This document shows positions 50,043 through 59,241 of a stretch of 64,000 bases of DNA, piece by piece. The stretch's first letter is position 1; each line of letters opens with the position of its first letter. The DNA is from Longimicrobiales bacterium (GTDB taxonomy: Bacteria > Gemmatimonadota > Gemmatimonadetes > Longimicrobiales > Gaopeijiaceae), in contig OZ241892.1 in assembly GCA_965203485.1 (NCBI GenBank), positions 192,001 to 256,000 of the forward strand, given 5' to 3'. Under the pieces are notes generated by a model. The model was given only the letters and a program-made list of their open reading frames with translations, was not told the origin of the DNA and did no database searches. The position numbers and the translations under genes are program-made.

Positions 50043-51530
50043 TTGGTCCCCGTGACCGCCCCCGACCTCATCCGCCGCCTGGTGCGCGAAGCCGTGGCGC
50101 GCCCGCTGACCGCCCCCGGCGCCGAAGCGCTCCCCCGCGCCACCATCGGCGACATCGACCTTGCGGCTTCCGCCTCAACCACCGACGCCGCCATGCGAGC
50201 CGAATGGCGCGTGCTGTCCGCAGCCGTCGCCCGGCGTTGCCTGCTGCTGGCCGACGACCCCAAGCGCCCCGGCCGCCTCCGCGTCCTGGGCCCGGTCACG
50301 CACCAAGGCCCAGTGCGCTCCGTGGACGCCAGCCACCTGGCCAAGTCGCTCGAATCGCTGGCGGACCTGTCGCCCCTGGAAGCGGTGCGCCGGCTGACGG
50401 CCGAGCTGAACCGCGCCGCGGGGAACGGGCTGGCCTTCAACGGCCTCCTCACCCGTCACACGCTGGAATCCCGCTGTCGGCGCGACCCTGCCCGATGGGA
50501 GCGCGCCCGCCGCGCGGTGGCCGACCTCCCGCCCGCGCCGAGCTCGTGGCGCCAGACGTTGTCGGCGCTGGGCTACCGCCTGGACCGCCTTCCGCGACGG
50601 GGATACTTGGCCGTCCACGAAGGCCGGCCGGTGGCGGTCGTGCATCCCAAGAAGACGAGCGCGCTGGCCCGCTTGGACAGCGACGGCCGCCCGCCCGAGG
50701 GACTGCTGGCGGCGGACTGCAAGCAACGAGGCGCTCGCTACGGCATTCTGGCGTTTCGCGGCTACTTCCGTCTGTTCGACATGGAGTCCCCCGGCGGAAC
50801 CCGTCACTGGCTCGAACTGGACGACGACCTGCTGGACGACGACCGGCGCGCCTTCCTGGCGTTGCTGGCGCCCCCGTCCCTGGTCGGCGACGGCTTCGCC
50901 AACCTGCAACAGGAGGCGATCAACTTCGGCGTCCGGCTGCGTGCCCGGCTGGACCGCACGATCCGTCAGGAGGCCCTTCCCGCGCTGGCCGCCGACATGG
51001 AGCACTGGGCCAAGGAGCACGGCCTGGACCTGCACGACGACGCCCAGCGCGACAAGCTGGAGAAGGCCGCGATGACGCTGGGCTTCCGCGCCGTCTTCAT
51101 CCTCTTTGCGGAAGCCGCCGACCATCTGCCGATGAACAACGAATCCTACCGCAAGGCGTCGCTGTCGGAGCTTGTAACCGAGGCCCACGCGACCAAGGGC
51201 AAGCTGAGCCCGGCGTCGTCCGCGCTGTGGAACGGGTTCACGCGGCTGGTCAAGGCGATGCGATCCGGCAACCCGGCGTGGGACGTGCCCGCCTACAACG
51301 GCGCACTCTTCGCGGCCAAGGACTTCGCGGGCGCCGAGCTGCTGGAGCGGATGGAGCTGCGCGCCCCCGAGTTCGGGCGCGTGCTGTCGGCCGTCGGCCA
51401 CGACGCCGAGCAAGGGAGGGGAGTGGACTTCTCGACGCTGGAGATCGCCCACATCGGCCATACCTACGAGTCCCTGCTGGGCCTGCGCCTGTCGCTGGCC
51501 GCCCGCCCGCTCCGCTACGACGCCGCCCGT
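50043..51530 (+). pseudogene. N-terminal fragment of a type IIG / Eco57I-like restriction-modification enzyme
   Basis: FRAVFILFAEA, VPAYNGALF, VDFSTLEIAHIGHTYESLLG; stops before MTase motifs (no GxG or NPPY/W). Confidence 0.7.
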
Positions 51531-51590
51531 AGCGACGCCCCCGTCAGTGGCCGCTCCTCCGCTCTCCGTGCCGAGGACGCCTTCCCGAGG

Positions 51591-51824
51591 CTCCACTGGG
51601 TGATCGTCCGGGGCGAGAGCGGCCACGATGCCCGTCAGATGGCCCCTGAGTGGGCGCGCACCGTCCGGGACCATTGTGCCGCTAGCGGCGTACCGTTCTT
51701 CTTCAAGCAGTGGGGCGGTCGGACCCCGAAGGCGGGTGGCCGGGAACTGGACGGTACGACCCGGGACGGCTTTCCCGTCCCCGACAACACGGTCCTGCTC
51801 GTCGGCAACGCAGCGTTTCCGTAG
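51591..51824 (+). pseudogene. C-terminal fragment of DUF5131 (phage Gp37/Gp68), fused in frame to the RM fragment
   Basis: LHWVIVRGESG..ARQM..W..RDHC..GVPFFFKQWGG..GRELDG. Confidence 0.82.
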
Positions 51825-51962
51825 CGCCCCTCCCGGCCATGCCGCTTGTTGATCCCAGGTGGTGATGTTATCGTGTAGGATACGATGAGTACCATTGGGG
51901 AGAGCGAATGTCACACGAGGTGGCACACACAATCCAAGGGACATTCCAACAGGAGTCGACGA

Positions 51963-52457
51963 ATGAAACGACGAGTATTCTACAGCTTCCACTACCAGCC
52001 GGACAGCTGGCGTGCGAGCCAAGTGCGCAACATGGGTGTCGTTGAGGGCAACCAGCCCGCATCCGACAATGATTGGGAGGCGATCACCGAGGGGGGTGAA
52101 AACGAAATCGAGGACTGGATCGACGATCAGATGCACGGTAGGTCCTGCGTTGTCGTATTGGTCGGCACCAACACGGCAGAGCGAAAATGGATCGACTACG
52201 AGATCAGAAAGGGATGGAAGGACGGCAAGGGCGTGGTCGGGATTCGCGTCCACGGGCTTAGGGACCAGGACCGCCAAGTATCAAGGCCAGGCAAGAATCC
52301 TTTCGCTCACATGTCGATAGGCGACAAATCTTTTTCGTCCATCGTAAAGTGTTACAATCCCGCCGGTTCGACCAGTCAGGATCGCTATGCCTGGATCAAT
52401 GAAGACCTTGTATCGACAATCGAGGAAGCGATACAGATACGCAACGACTACAGCTAA
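51963..52457 (+). CDS. thsB: ThsB-type TIR-domain protein (DUF1863)
   Basis: RRVFYSFHY..DSWRASQVRN, SCVVVLVG, RKWIDYEI (catalytic Glu kept); RBS AGGAG. Confidence 0.88.
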   Translation: MKRRVFYSFHYQPDSWRASQVRNMGVVEGNQPASDNDWEAITEGGENEIEDWIDDQMHGRSCVVVLVGTNTAERKWIDYEIRKGWKDGKGVVGIRVHGLRDQDRQVSRPGKNPFAHMSIGDKSFSSIVKCYNPAGSTSQDRYAWINEDLVSTIEEAIQIRNDYS

Positions 52458-52471
52458 CAGGAAGAACTCCA

Positions 52472-53629
52472 ATGTCGTGCTCCTATGAAGTTGTTCTTCT
52501 GCACCGTGGTCTCGACCAGTTTGCCGATGAGGTTGCTAATGATGTGAATCAGGCGGCAGACGGGGTCTTGGGACGTTCCGGTGTTTTGCGATGTAGCACG
52601 GCACTCCCTCAAGCAAACAACACGGCCCACGTCGTGGTTGTCTACCTGGGCAACAAAGCTGGCCAACGGGATGATGCCATTCGCAGAGCACTGAGTCGAG
52701 CACTCAAGTCACATTTCCCGATTCTTCCAATCGTGCGACGAGAAGATTTTGGTGATATCCATGAGAAGCTTCCGTCAGCTATCTCGCAAGTCAATACGAT
52801 CAACTGGAACGACACCCCGGATCGAGCGGTGACAACTATTCTGGGGATGCTTGGGCTTGTGACGCAAGAGCGCAGGGTGTTTCTGTCATACGTTCGACGC
52901 GATTCAGGCCCAGTGGCGGAACAGCTACACGGGTTGCTCGTGCAGTCCGGCTTCGACGTGTTTTTAGATCGATTCACCGTTCCACCGGGAAGTGACTTCA
53001 GCGAACGAATCGACGACGAGCTGGCCGACAAAGCTTTTGTGGTTCTTTTGGAGAGTCCTGGACTAGCGGAATCCAAGTGGGTCGAACACGAGATTTCATA
53101 CGCTCTACAACATCGAATCGAAATACTGGCTGTCGCATTGCCCAGTGCGAGCGAACCGACTCCATTGATTGACGATGCCTTCCGCATTGACCTTGGGGAA
53201 CAAGATTTCTCGGGTGGCAAGCTCACCGAGAGTGCATCGAATGCGCTTATCGGGAAGATTGAATTTGCCCACGCACGCGCAATTCGGAGACGTCGTGAGC
53301 AGATACTTGGCACGCTTACCGGGAGGCTCGATGAATTTGACCACACTTGGACTCCGATTGGGACATGGACGATTCAGGCTTTGTCGCCTGACAGCGTTTC
53401 CTCGGTGTACCGCGTCACGCCCCGTCGCCCACGATCGCATGATATGTATGCACTTGACATCGAACGGACCAAGGTCAGTTCGCCTAATGCTACCAGCACG
53501 CGGGCATCCGTCGTGCATGGTGGGGGACGCATCGACGAGCGAAAGCAAGCTGTATTGGAGTGGATTGGCCAGGCAACTCACATGGCGGTCAGGTCGATCG
53601 ACACATGGACTCAGGATGTGGCGGCTTAG
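52472..53629 (+). CDS. TIR-domain protein: degenerate TIR-like N-domain, intact TIR, unknown C-domain
   Basis: RVFLSYVRRD, GFDVFLD, SKWVEHEISYA; N-domain VVVVYLG..FPILPIV. Confidence 0.85.
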   Translation: MSCSYEVVLLHRGLDQFADEVANDVNQAADGVLGRSGVLRCSTALPQANNTAHVVVVYLGNKAGQRDDAIRRALSRALKSHFPILPIVRREDFGDIHEKLPSAISQVNTINWNDTPDRAVTTILGMLGLVTQERRVFLSYVRRDSGPVAEQLHGLLVQSGFDVFLDRFTVPPGSDFSERIDDELADKAFVVLLESPGLAESKWVEHEISYALQHRIEILAVALPSASEPTPLIDDAFRIDLGEQDFSGGKLTESASNALIGKIEFAHARAIRRRREQILGTLTGRLDEFDHTWTPIGTWTIQALSPDSVSSVYRVTPRRPRSHDMYALDIERTKVSSPNATSTRASVVHGGGRIDERKQAVLEWIGQATHMAVRSIDTWTQDVAA

Positions 53630-53631
53630 CG

Positions 53632-54258
53632 ATGGATTCCCTTGGGGGGCGCCACGTCTTTCTGTCGGCGAGCTTTCCTTCCGGCGAAAGGGGAGAAGCA
53701 GTGCGGCCGTACGATCCATCAGCCGTCGCCGATGCCGTAACGGCCCTGGTGCGGGCTGTACTATCCCGCGACGGCAGGTTGCTGTTCGGAGGGCATCCTA
53801 CCATTACGCCGCTGGTGCTCGCGATCGCCATGGAGCATCGCTCCAAGCACTCGGTGGACGTCTTCCAGTCGGAATGGTTTCGGGGGCGGGTTACATCGGA
53901 AACCAAGAGGCTGGCAAGCCTTGGCTATGGAGACGTCCATTGGACAGAGAGGCGTGGTGACCTGGATCGCACACTGAGGACGATGCGGCGGCGGATGCTG
54001 AGTTTTGGACAGATCGCCGGGGCGGTGTTCGTGGGTGGGATGGATGGTATCGAAGAGGAGCACCGAATGCTTGGGCACATGCTGCCGGGTGTTCCGAGGA
54101 TACCCGTGCGTGGCCCAGGCGGAGCGGCGGCACGGTTGCAGACGATGGAGGCTGAGGTTCCAGAATACTTGGCGCGACAACTCGATTCGAGAGCCTATCC
54201 GCTCCTTTCGTCGAAGATCGTGGAATACCTGATTGCCTCTGATTCGAGGCCTCGCTAG
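53632..54258 (+). CDS. stand-alone SLOG-family protein (cluster-3-like)
   Basis: VFLSASFP, LLFGGHPTITPLV, MRRRM, AVFVGGMDGIEEE, GPGGAA. Confidence 0.82.
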   Translation: MDSLGGRHVFLSASFPSGERGEAVRPYDPSAVADAVTALVRAVLSRDGRLLFGGHPTITPLVLAIAMEHRSKHSVDVFQSEWFRGRVTSETKRLASLGYGDVHWTERRGDLDRTLRTMRRRMLSFGQIAGAVFVGGMDGIEEEHRMLGHMLPGVPRIPVRGPGGAAARLQTMEAEVPEYLARQLDSRAYPLLSSKIVEYLIASDSRPR

Positions 54259-54524
54259 CTACCGCCGCCCCCCGGGTTCGTCGGCGGGCACTTGCGCAGG
54301 GAATTCAACGAGGCATGGCGGGCTCCGTGACTTGCTAGGAGGCTGGCGGCGGAGGCGAGGCCGCCCCCGAAACGCGACGTGTCTTGGGAATGTACAGCGG
54401 GCGAGCGAGCCGGGCACGTCCTGCAGACGGCTCAAGTCCGGGTCGAAGGCACCGGCGGCTTCCCGAAGCGGCAAATCGGCAAATGGGACTTGGCGCGGCC
54501 AAGGCGCGGAAGCGGGAAGACGGA

Positions 54525-54830
54525 ATGGACGTGCTTCACCACGAAATCGTCGCGGTGCCAGGGGCGACCCGCGTCCGGAGCGGACGCTGATCGTGCCGCA
54601 CGGCATCTTCGGCCATGGGCGCAACTGGAAGTCCGTCGCTACGCGCCTCGTCCGCGACCGGCCGCGACTGGGCTGTGGCGCTGGTGGGACCTGCGAGGGC
54701 ACGGACGATCGCCCGGCTGGCCGGAGACGCCGACGGTCGAGGCGTGCGCCCGCGACGTGCAACGGCGGCCACTGGTTGCACGTCGACAATCCGGACGCGC
54801 TGCACCGGCTCCTCATTCGACGCCTGCCCG
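54525..54830 (+). pseudogene. alpha/beta hydrolase (YbfF-like) remnant
   Basis: HGIFGHGRNW, DLRGHGRS and GHWLHVDNP in different frames; GxSxG region deleted. Confidence 0.75.
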
Positions 54831-54953
54831 GCAATCGCAGGCGGTCCTCGCACGAAGCCTTCGGCCGGCACCGTCCGACCAAACTGAACGGCCCAAGCGG
54901 CCCGGCCGGATCACGTCGTCGCGCCCCGGCCGGCCGCCTTGGTCGTACTCGCG

Positions 54954-57698
54954 TCAGTGGAAGATCTGGAAGCCGAAGTTGAACGACCGCGGGTATCCGA
55001 GGAAGATCTCTGCGTCGTCGGCCTTGTGGCTCGGTCGGCCGCGGGCCCTCTCGGCGTCGTCGCGGTAGGCGTTGAATCTGGAGTTGTCGGTCGCGTCCTG
55101 CACGTACACTGCGTCCGTGACGTTGAAGATGTTCATGAACAGCCTCACGTTGCCTCCGAAGGCCGCCGCCACGTCGGACGCCAATCGGTAGGACATGTGG
55201 ACGTCGAAGACCGTGTATCCGGGAGGACTCCACGACTGCACGCCTTCGTCCGCGCCGTCCGTCCGATCGAAGGGATTGTAGTTTGCATAGTGCTTGCCGA
55301 AGGTCTTGCCGACGCCTTGCACGTACAGCCCGCCGGTGGGGAACAGAGACAGCGCGTACGCGACTTGGAACTGCGGCGCGTCGCCTACGTACAGGTCCCT
55401 GACGTAGAAGGTGTACTGCTCCGTCTCCGATCGCCGGTCGTCGGGCCGGTACTCGCCCTCGGCGTTGGCGGTGTGCTTCCAGTCGCCCCAGGAGAGCGCG
55501 GCGTCGAAGCGCATGTAGTCCGTCGGCTGAAACGCGCCTTCCAGCTCCACGCCCATGTGGCGGGCGTCCAGGCCCAGCAGGTTGATCAAGCCTTCGGTGT
55601 CCTCGTCGAGACGGATGTTGCGCGTGCGCGTCCGGTCGTTCCACTGCGTGAAGTAGATGTTCCCGTCGAGAGAGAAGCGGCGATCCAGCGAGCGGAACCG
55701 AGCGCCCGCCTCGAACGACAGGAAGGTCTCGTTCCTGGGATTGGCGTTGAGAAGGCCGTTGTTGTCGTCGATCACGCCGTCGAAGATCGGAACCTTGGAC
55801 ACGTACCCGGCGTTGCCGTAGACGGACCACTCGGAGTTGACGTTGCGCATTGCGCCGCCCTTGAGCTGGTAGCCGGTCAGTCCGCCGCTGCTGAGCTCAA
55901 GGAATCCCCCGCCCATGCCCCTCCTGAAGAAGTCGGTGTAGTCGTAGGAGATGCGCGAGACGCCCATCATGCCGTAGAGGGAACCGGCCAGCGTGGACCG
56001 CTCGGCCTGCACGTGGGCGCCGATCCAGTTCACGTCGTTCTCGTTGTGGTAGTGAATCTTGTCGCCCAGACCCCGGTCGCCTTCGGCCTCCGTCCAGAAC
56101 TCGGAACTGCAACCGCGGAAGCAGTCGTTGTAGAACGAGCCGCCCAACAAGTCCCGGACTTCGCGGTAGTGCTCGATCGTGGCGGTGCGCCAGTCGACGC
56201 CGAGCTCGGCGGCCCAATCCCCGCCGAAGTCCTTGTGCATCTTGGCGATGGCGCCGTACGTGTCCTGGTTGTTGACCGAGTTGCGGAGAATGCCGCGCGA
56301 CGCGCCTTCGTCGCTGCCGCCGTTGCGCGCAATCGTCGCATTCCAGTTGGGGAACCTCTGGCCGTAGGTGTTGTCCCAGACAAGCGATCCGTACGTTCCT
56401 GTTCCGCCGCCTTGGCCGCCCGAGTAGTAGGCCACCGTGTTGAGCGTCCATCCGCCGCCGAAGGCCGAGTACCAGTTGAGGTTGACCTGCGGCTTGTGGA
56501 AGTAGTTCTCGCGCTCGTTGATGAAGTTGGCGCTGTGCCTGCTGAAGACGCCGGCGCCGGGCCCGGTGCTGGTGAACTGGCGCCCCCTGTAGCTCGGGTC
56601 GACACCTCCGAAGTTTGGGCTCCAATAGCGGCCGGCCTCCGTGGAAAACCTCTCCAAGCCGCCCGGGTCGTAGCCTTCGAGGCCGGCGGCAAAGTCGCGG
56701 TTCAGAGTGGCGGCGTTGAGCTTGTACAGATTCTGCCCGTGCCGCTGGGGCGCGCCGACCGCGTAGAGTTCGACGCGGTTGTGGTCGCTGATCCTGTACT
56801 GCGAGGCCAGATAGTACGACCACGCGTCGGTCCACGTGCCGTCGATCAAGCCGTCGCCCGTCTTGCGCACGCCCGAGGCCGTCAGGGCGAACTTGCCGAT
56901 CTGCCCGGTGGACGCCGTCATCGTCGTCTTGCGGAAGTTCCCGCTTCCAAACTCTTGCTTGAGGTTGTAGCCGGCCGACTGCTGGCTCGGGTCGGTGATC
57001 ACGTTGAGCGTGCCGCCGATCGACGGCGTGGCCAGGTTGACCGCGCTCAGGCCGCGTTGCAACTGAATGCTCGTGGCGGCGTCGCCGAGTCCGTCCCAGT
57101 TCGACCAGTAGACCCAGCCGTTCTCCATGTCGTTGACGGGCACGCCGTTGATCATGACGGCCGTGTTGCGCTGGCTGAACCCGCGCACGTTGATGCGGGC
57201 GTCGCCTGCCCCGCCGCCTTGGGCCGTCGAGTACACGGACGGCGTGACGCTCAGCACCAGCGGCAGGTCGCGCGAGCCCAGCTGGCGCTGGATCTGCGGC
57301 TTGGCCACGTCGGTGAACGCCACCGGCGTCCGGCGCTCTTCGGCCCGCTCGGCGAGCACATCGATGCTTCCGAGCGCCACCGCGTTCGACGTCATCGCGA
57401 AGTCCACGACCGTGGCGCCGCCCGATTCGACCGCGACGTCCCGGCTCTCGGACACGAAGCCGATCATGCGCGCCGTCACGTGGTACGCGCCGGCGGGCAC
57501 GCCCATCACGTTGAAGCGCCCGTTGGCGTTCGTGATGCCGCCGTACTCGGCGCCGGTCTCGGTCTGCGCGACCACCACGTGCACGCCTTCCAACCCTCCC
57601 CCCTCCGCGGTGACCGCCCCGGTCACCGATCCCGTCTCCTGGGCGGTCGCGGGCATCGCGACCAGCCACAGGAGCCCCACAGCGCACATCGACTTCAT
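54954..57698 (-). CDS. TonB-dependent receptor
   Basis: Signal peptide, carboxypeptidase-regulatory-like N-domain, plug INVRGF..INGVPVND, beta-barrel ending PRSFNFGFQIFH. Confidence 0.92.
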   Translation of the reverse strand: MKSMCAVGLLWLVAMPATAQETGSVTGAVTAEGGGLEGVHVVVAQTETGAEYGGITNANGRFNVMGVPAGAYHVTARMIGFVSESRDVAVESGGATVVDFAMTSNAVALGSIDVLAERAEERRTPVAFTDVAKPQIQRQLGSRDLPLVLSVTPSVYSTAQGGGAGDARINVRGFSQRNTAVMINGVPVNDMENGWVYWSNWDGLGDAATSIQLQRGLSAVNLATPSIGGTLNVITDPSQQSAGYNLKQEFGSGNFRKTTMTASTGQIGKFALTASGVRKTGDGLIDGTWTDAWSYYLASQYRISDHNRVELYAVGAPQRHGQNLYKLNAATLNRDFAAGLEGYDPGGLERFSTEAGRYWSPNFGGVDPSYRGRQFTSTGPGAGVFSRHSANFINERENYFHKPQVNLNWYSAFGGGWTLNTVAYYSGGQGGGTGTYGSLVWDNTYGQRFPNWNATIARNGGSDEGASRGILRNSVNNQDTYGAIAKMHKDFGGDWAAELGVDWRTATIEHYREVRDLLGGSFYNDCFRGCSSEFWTEAEGDRGLGDKIHYHNENDVNWIGAHVQAERSTLAGSLYGMMGVSRISYDYTDFFRRGMGGGFLELSSGGLTGYQLKGGAMRNVNSEWSVYGNAGYVSKVPIFDGVIDDNNGLLNANPRNETFLSFEAGARFRSLDRRFSLDGNIYFTQWNDRTRTRNIRLDEDTEGLINLLGLDARHMGVELEGAFQPTDYMRFDAALSWGDWKHTANAEGEYRPDDRRSETEQYTFYVRDLYVGDAPQFQVAYALSLFPTGGLYVQGVGKTFGKHYANYNPFDRTDGADEGVQSWSPPGYTVFDVHMSYRLASDVAAAFGGNVRLFMNIFNVTDAVYVQDATDNSRFNAYRDDAERARGRPSHKADDAEIFLGYPRSFNFGFQIFH

Positions 57699-57979
57699 CG
57701 TGCCGTCCTCTCCTTATGGAATGCTGGGTTTGCGCTCCCCGAGCCGGACGCGCCCGAACCCTCGCGGCGGTTGCCTGACCGAGCGCGCGGCTTCGCGGCA
57801 AGCGACGGATGGGCACGGACGGACCCTCGAGGTCAAGGAGCAATCTACGGACTTCAGCTTATGGTGCGCGCAACGTTTCGGCAACGACTTCGCTACGCGG
57901 GAAGAGGGCGGGCGGGGCGAGGCCGGCGCCGGATGCTCGGCGAGCCGCGCGCCCCGGCCCCTGCGGACCGGCGGCAACC

Positions 57980-58008
57980 TGGACACGCTCCGCCGCGTCT
58001 CGTATAAT
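57980..58008 (+). promoter_or_regulatory. sigma70-type promoter for the Gld-like ABC operon
   Basis: TGGACA-17 nt-TATAAT. Confidence 0.65.
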
Positions 58009-58209
58009 CGGTGCCCGCAAGAACGGCTTCGAGGCGTGGCCTTGCCCGGATTGCCCGGTGATCGCGATGGACCGGACGCAATGAGCCGGGGGGCCGAACG
58101 CGCTTGCGGCCCAGCGGCTTCGCAGGACTGGGAATGGCCGGCCCGACCGTGCGCCGACGGCGGCGCGGGCCCGGTTGCGAGCAAGGAGAGCATCAAGAGG
58201 AGGAGGCGA

Positions 58210-59241
58210 ATGATCTCGGTCGAGGGCGCTACCAAGCGGTTCGGCCCGATCGCGGCGGTGAACCAAGCCAGCTTCGAGGTGGGCCGGGGAGAGGTGGTCG
58301 GCTTCCTGGGACCGAACGGGGCGGGCAAGACCACGACGATGCGGTTGATCACGGGCACGCTTCAGCCGGACGAGGGCCAGATCCGGTTCGACGGCGCCCC
58401 GATCGGCGACGACCTGACGGCGGCCAAGGCCCGCATCGGCTATCTGCCCGAAGCGAACCCGCTCTACGACGAGATGCTGGTTTGCGAGTACTTGGAGTTC
58501 GTGGCGCGGCTCCGCGGCTTGGGGGGCGCGGAGGCGCGCTCGGCGATCTCGGCGGCGGTCGACGAGACGGGCCTGGACGCCGTCTTCTTCCGGCCCATCA
58601 GCCAGATCTCGAAGGGCTACCGGCAACGGACGGGGATGGCCGGAGCGATCCTGCACCGGCCGGAAATCCTCGTCCTCGATGAACCCACCGAGGGCCTCGA
58701 TCCCAACCAGCGAGTCGAGATCCGCAAGCTGGTGAGTTCGCTGGGCAGCGAGCGGACCGTGATCCTGAGCACGCACGTCATGCAGGAAGTCGAGGCCACT
58801 TGCGGGCGGCTCCTGGTGATCTCGCAAGGGGCGATCGTGGCGGACGGGACCGTCGCGCAGCTGCTCGAAGGCGGCCGAGGCCGGGCGCGGTACCACGTCG
58901 AAGTCGAGGGCGAAGGAGCGGCCGAGGCGTTGCGGGCGTTGCCGGGGGCCGTGAGTTGCGAGGCCAAGGCGGTCAACGGGCGGACGCGGGCGTGGATCGA
59001 GGGTGCGGAAGGGCACGAGCTTCGACCGGAGATATTCAAGCTGGCGGCGGCCCAGGGCTGGGTGCTCTGGGAACTCGGGCGCGAACAGGCGTCGCTGGAG
59101 CAGGTCTTCCACCAGCTTACCGCGACCGCCGGGGAAGAGACCGCGGAAGCGGACGAAGGAGCCGCGCCCTCCGGGAGGGCGGAAACGGCAACGGCGGCTC
59201 GAGACGCCGGCGAAGGGACCGCCGCAGGAGATACCCGATGA
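58210..59241 (+). CDS. GldA-like ABC ATP-binding protein
   Basis: GPNGAGKTT, ISKGYRQR, LDEPTEGLDPNQ; RBS AGGAGG. Confidence 0.92.
   Translation: MISVEGATKRFGPIAAVNQASFEVGRGEVVGFLGPNGAGKTTTMRLITGTLQPDEGQIRFDGAPIGDDLTAAKARIGYLPEANPLYDEMLVCEYLEFVARLRGLGGAEARSAISAAVDETGLDAVFFRPISQISKGYRQRTGMAGAILHRPEILVLDEPTEGLDPNQRVEIRKLVSSLGSERTVILSTHVMQEVEATCGRLLVISQGAIVADGTVAQLLEGGRGRARYHVEVEGEGAAEALRALPGAVSCEAKAVNGRTRAWIEGAEGHELRPEIFKLAAAQGWVLWELGREQASLEQVFHQLTATAGEETAEADEGAAPSGRAETATAARDAGEGTAAGDTR

Noticed and set aside
51885..51962. Upstream extension or leader peptide of thsB
   Set aside because: RBS AGGAG and the family N-terminus place the start at 51963; the overlapping short frame has no supporting features
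47289..54524. Integron cassette array, prophage or transposon explaining the island
   Set aside because: No convincing attC (RYYYAAC..GTTRRRY) pairs, integrase, transposase, terminal repeats or structural phage genes; the DUF5131 fragment alone is insufficient
54939..58007. Long antisense or overlapping ORFs (e.g. 1022 aa here, also 60896..63937 and 41563..44283)
   Set aside because: Mirror or shifted frames of real high-GC genes with no domain motifs
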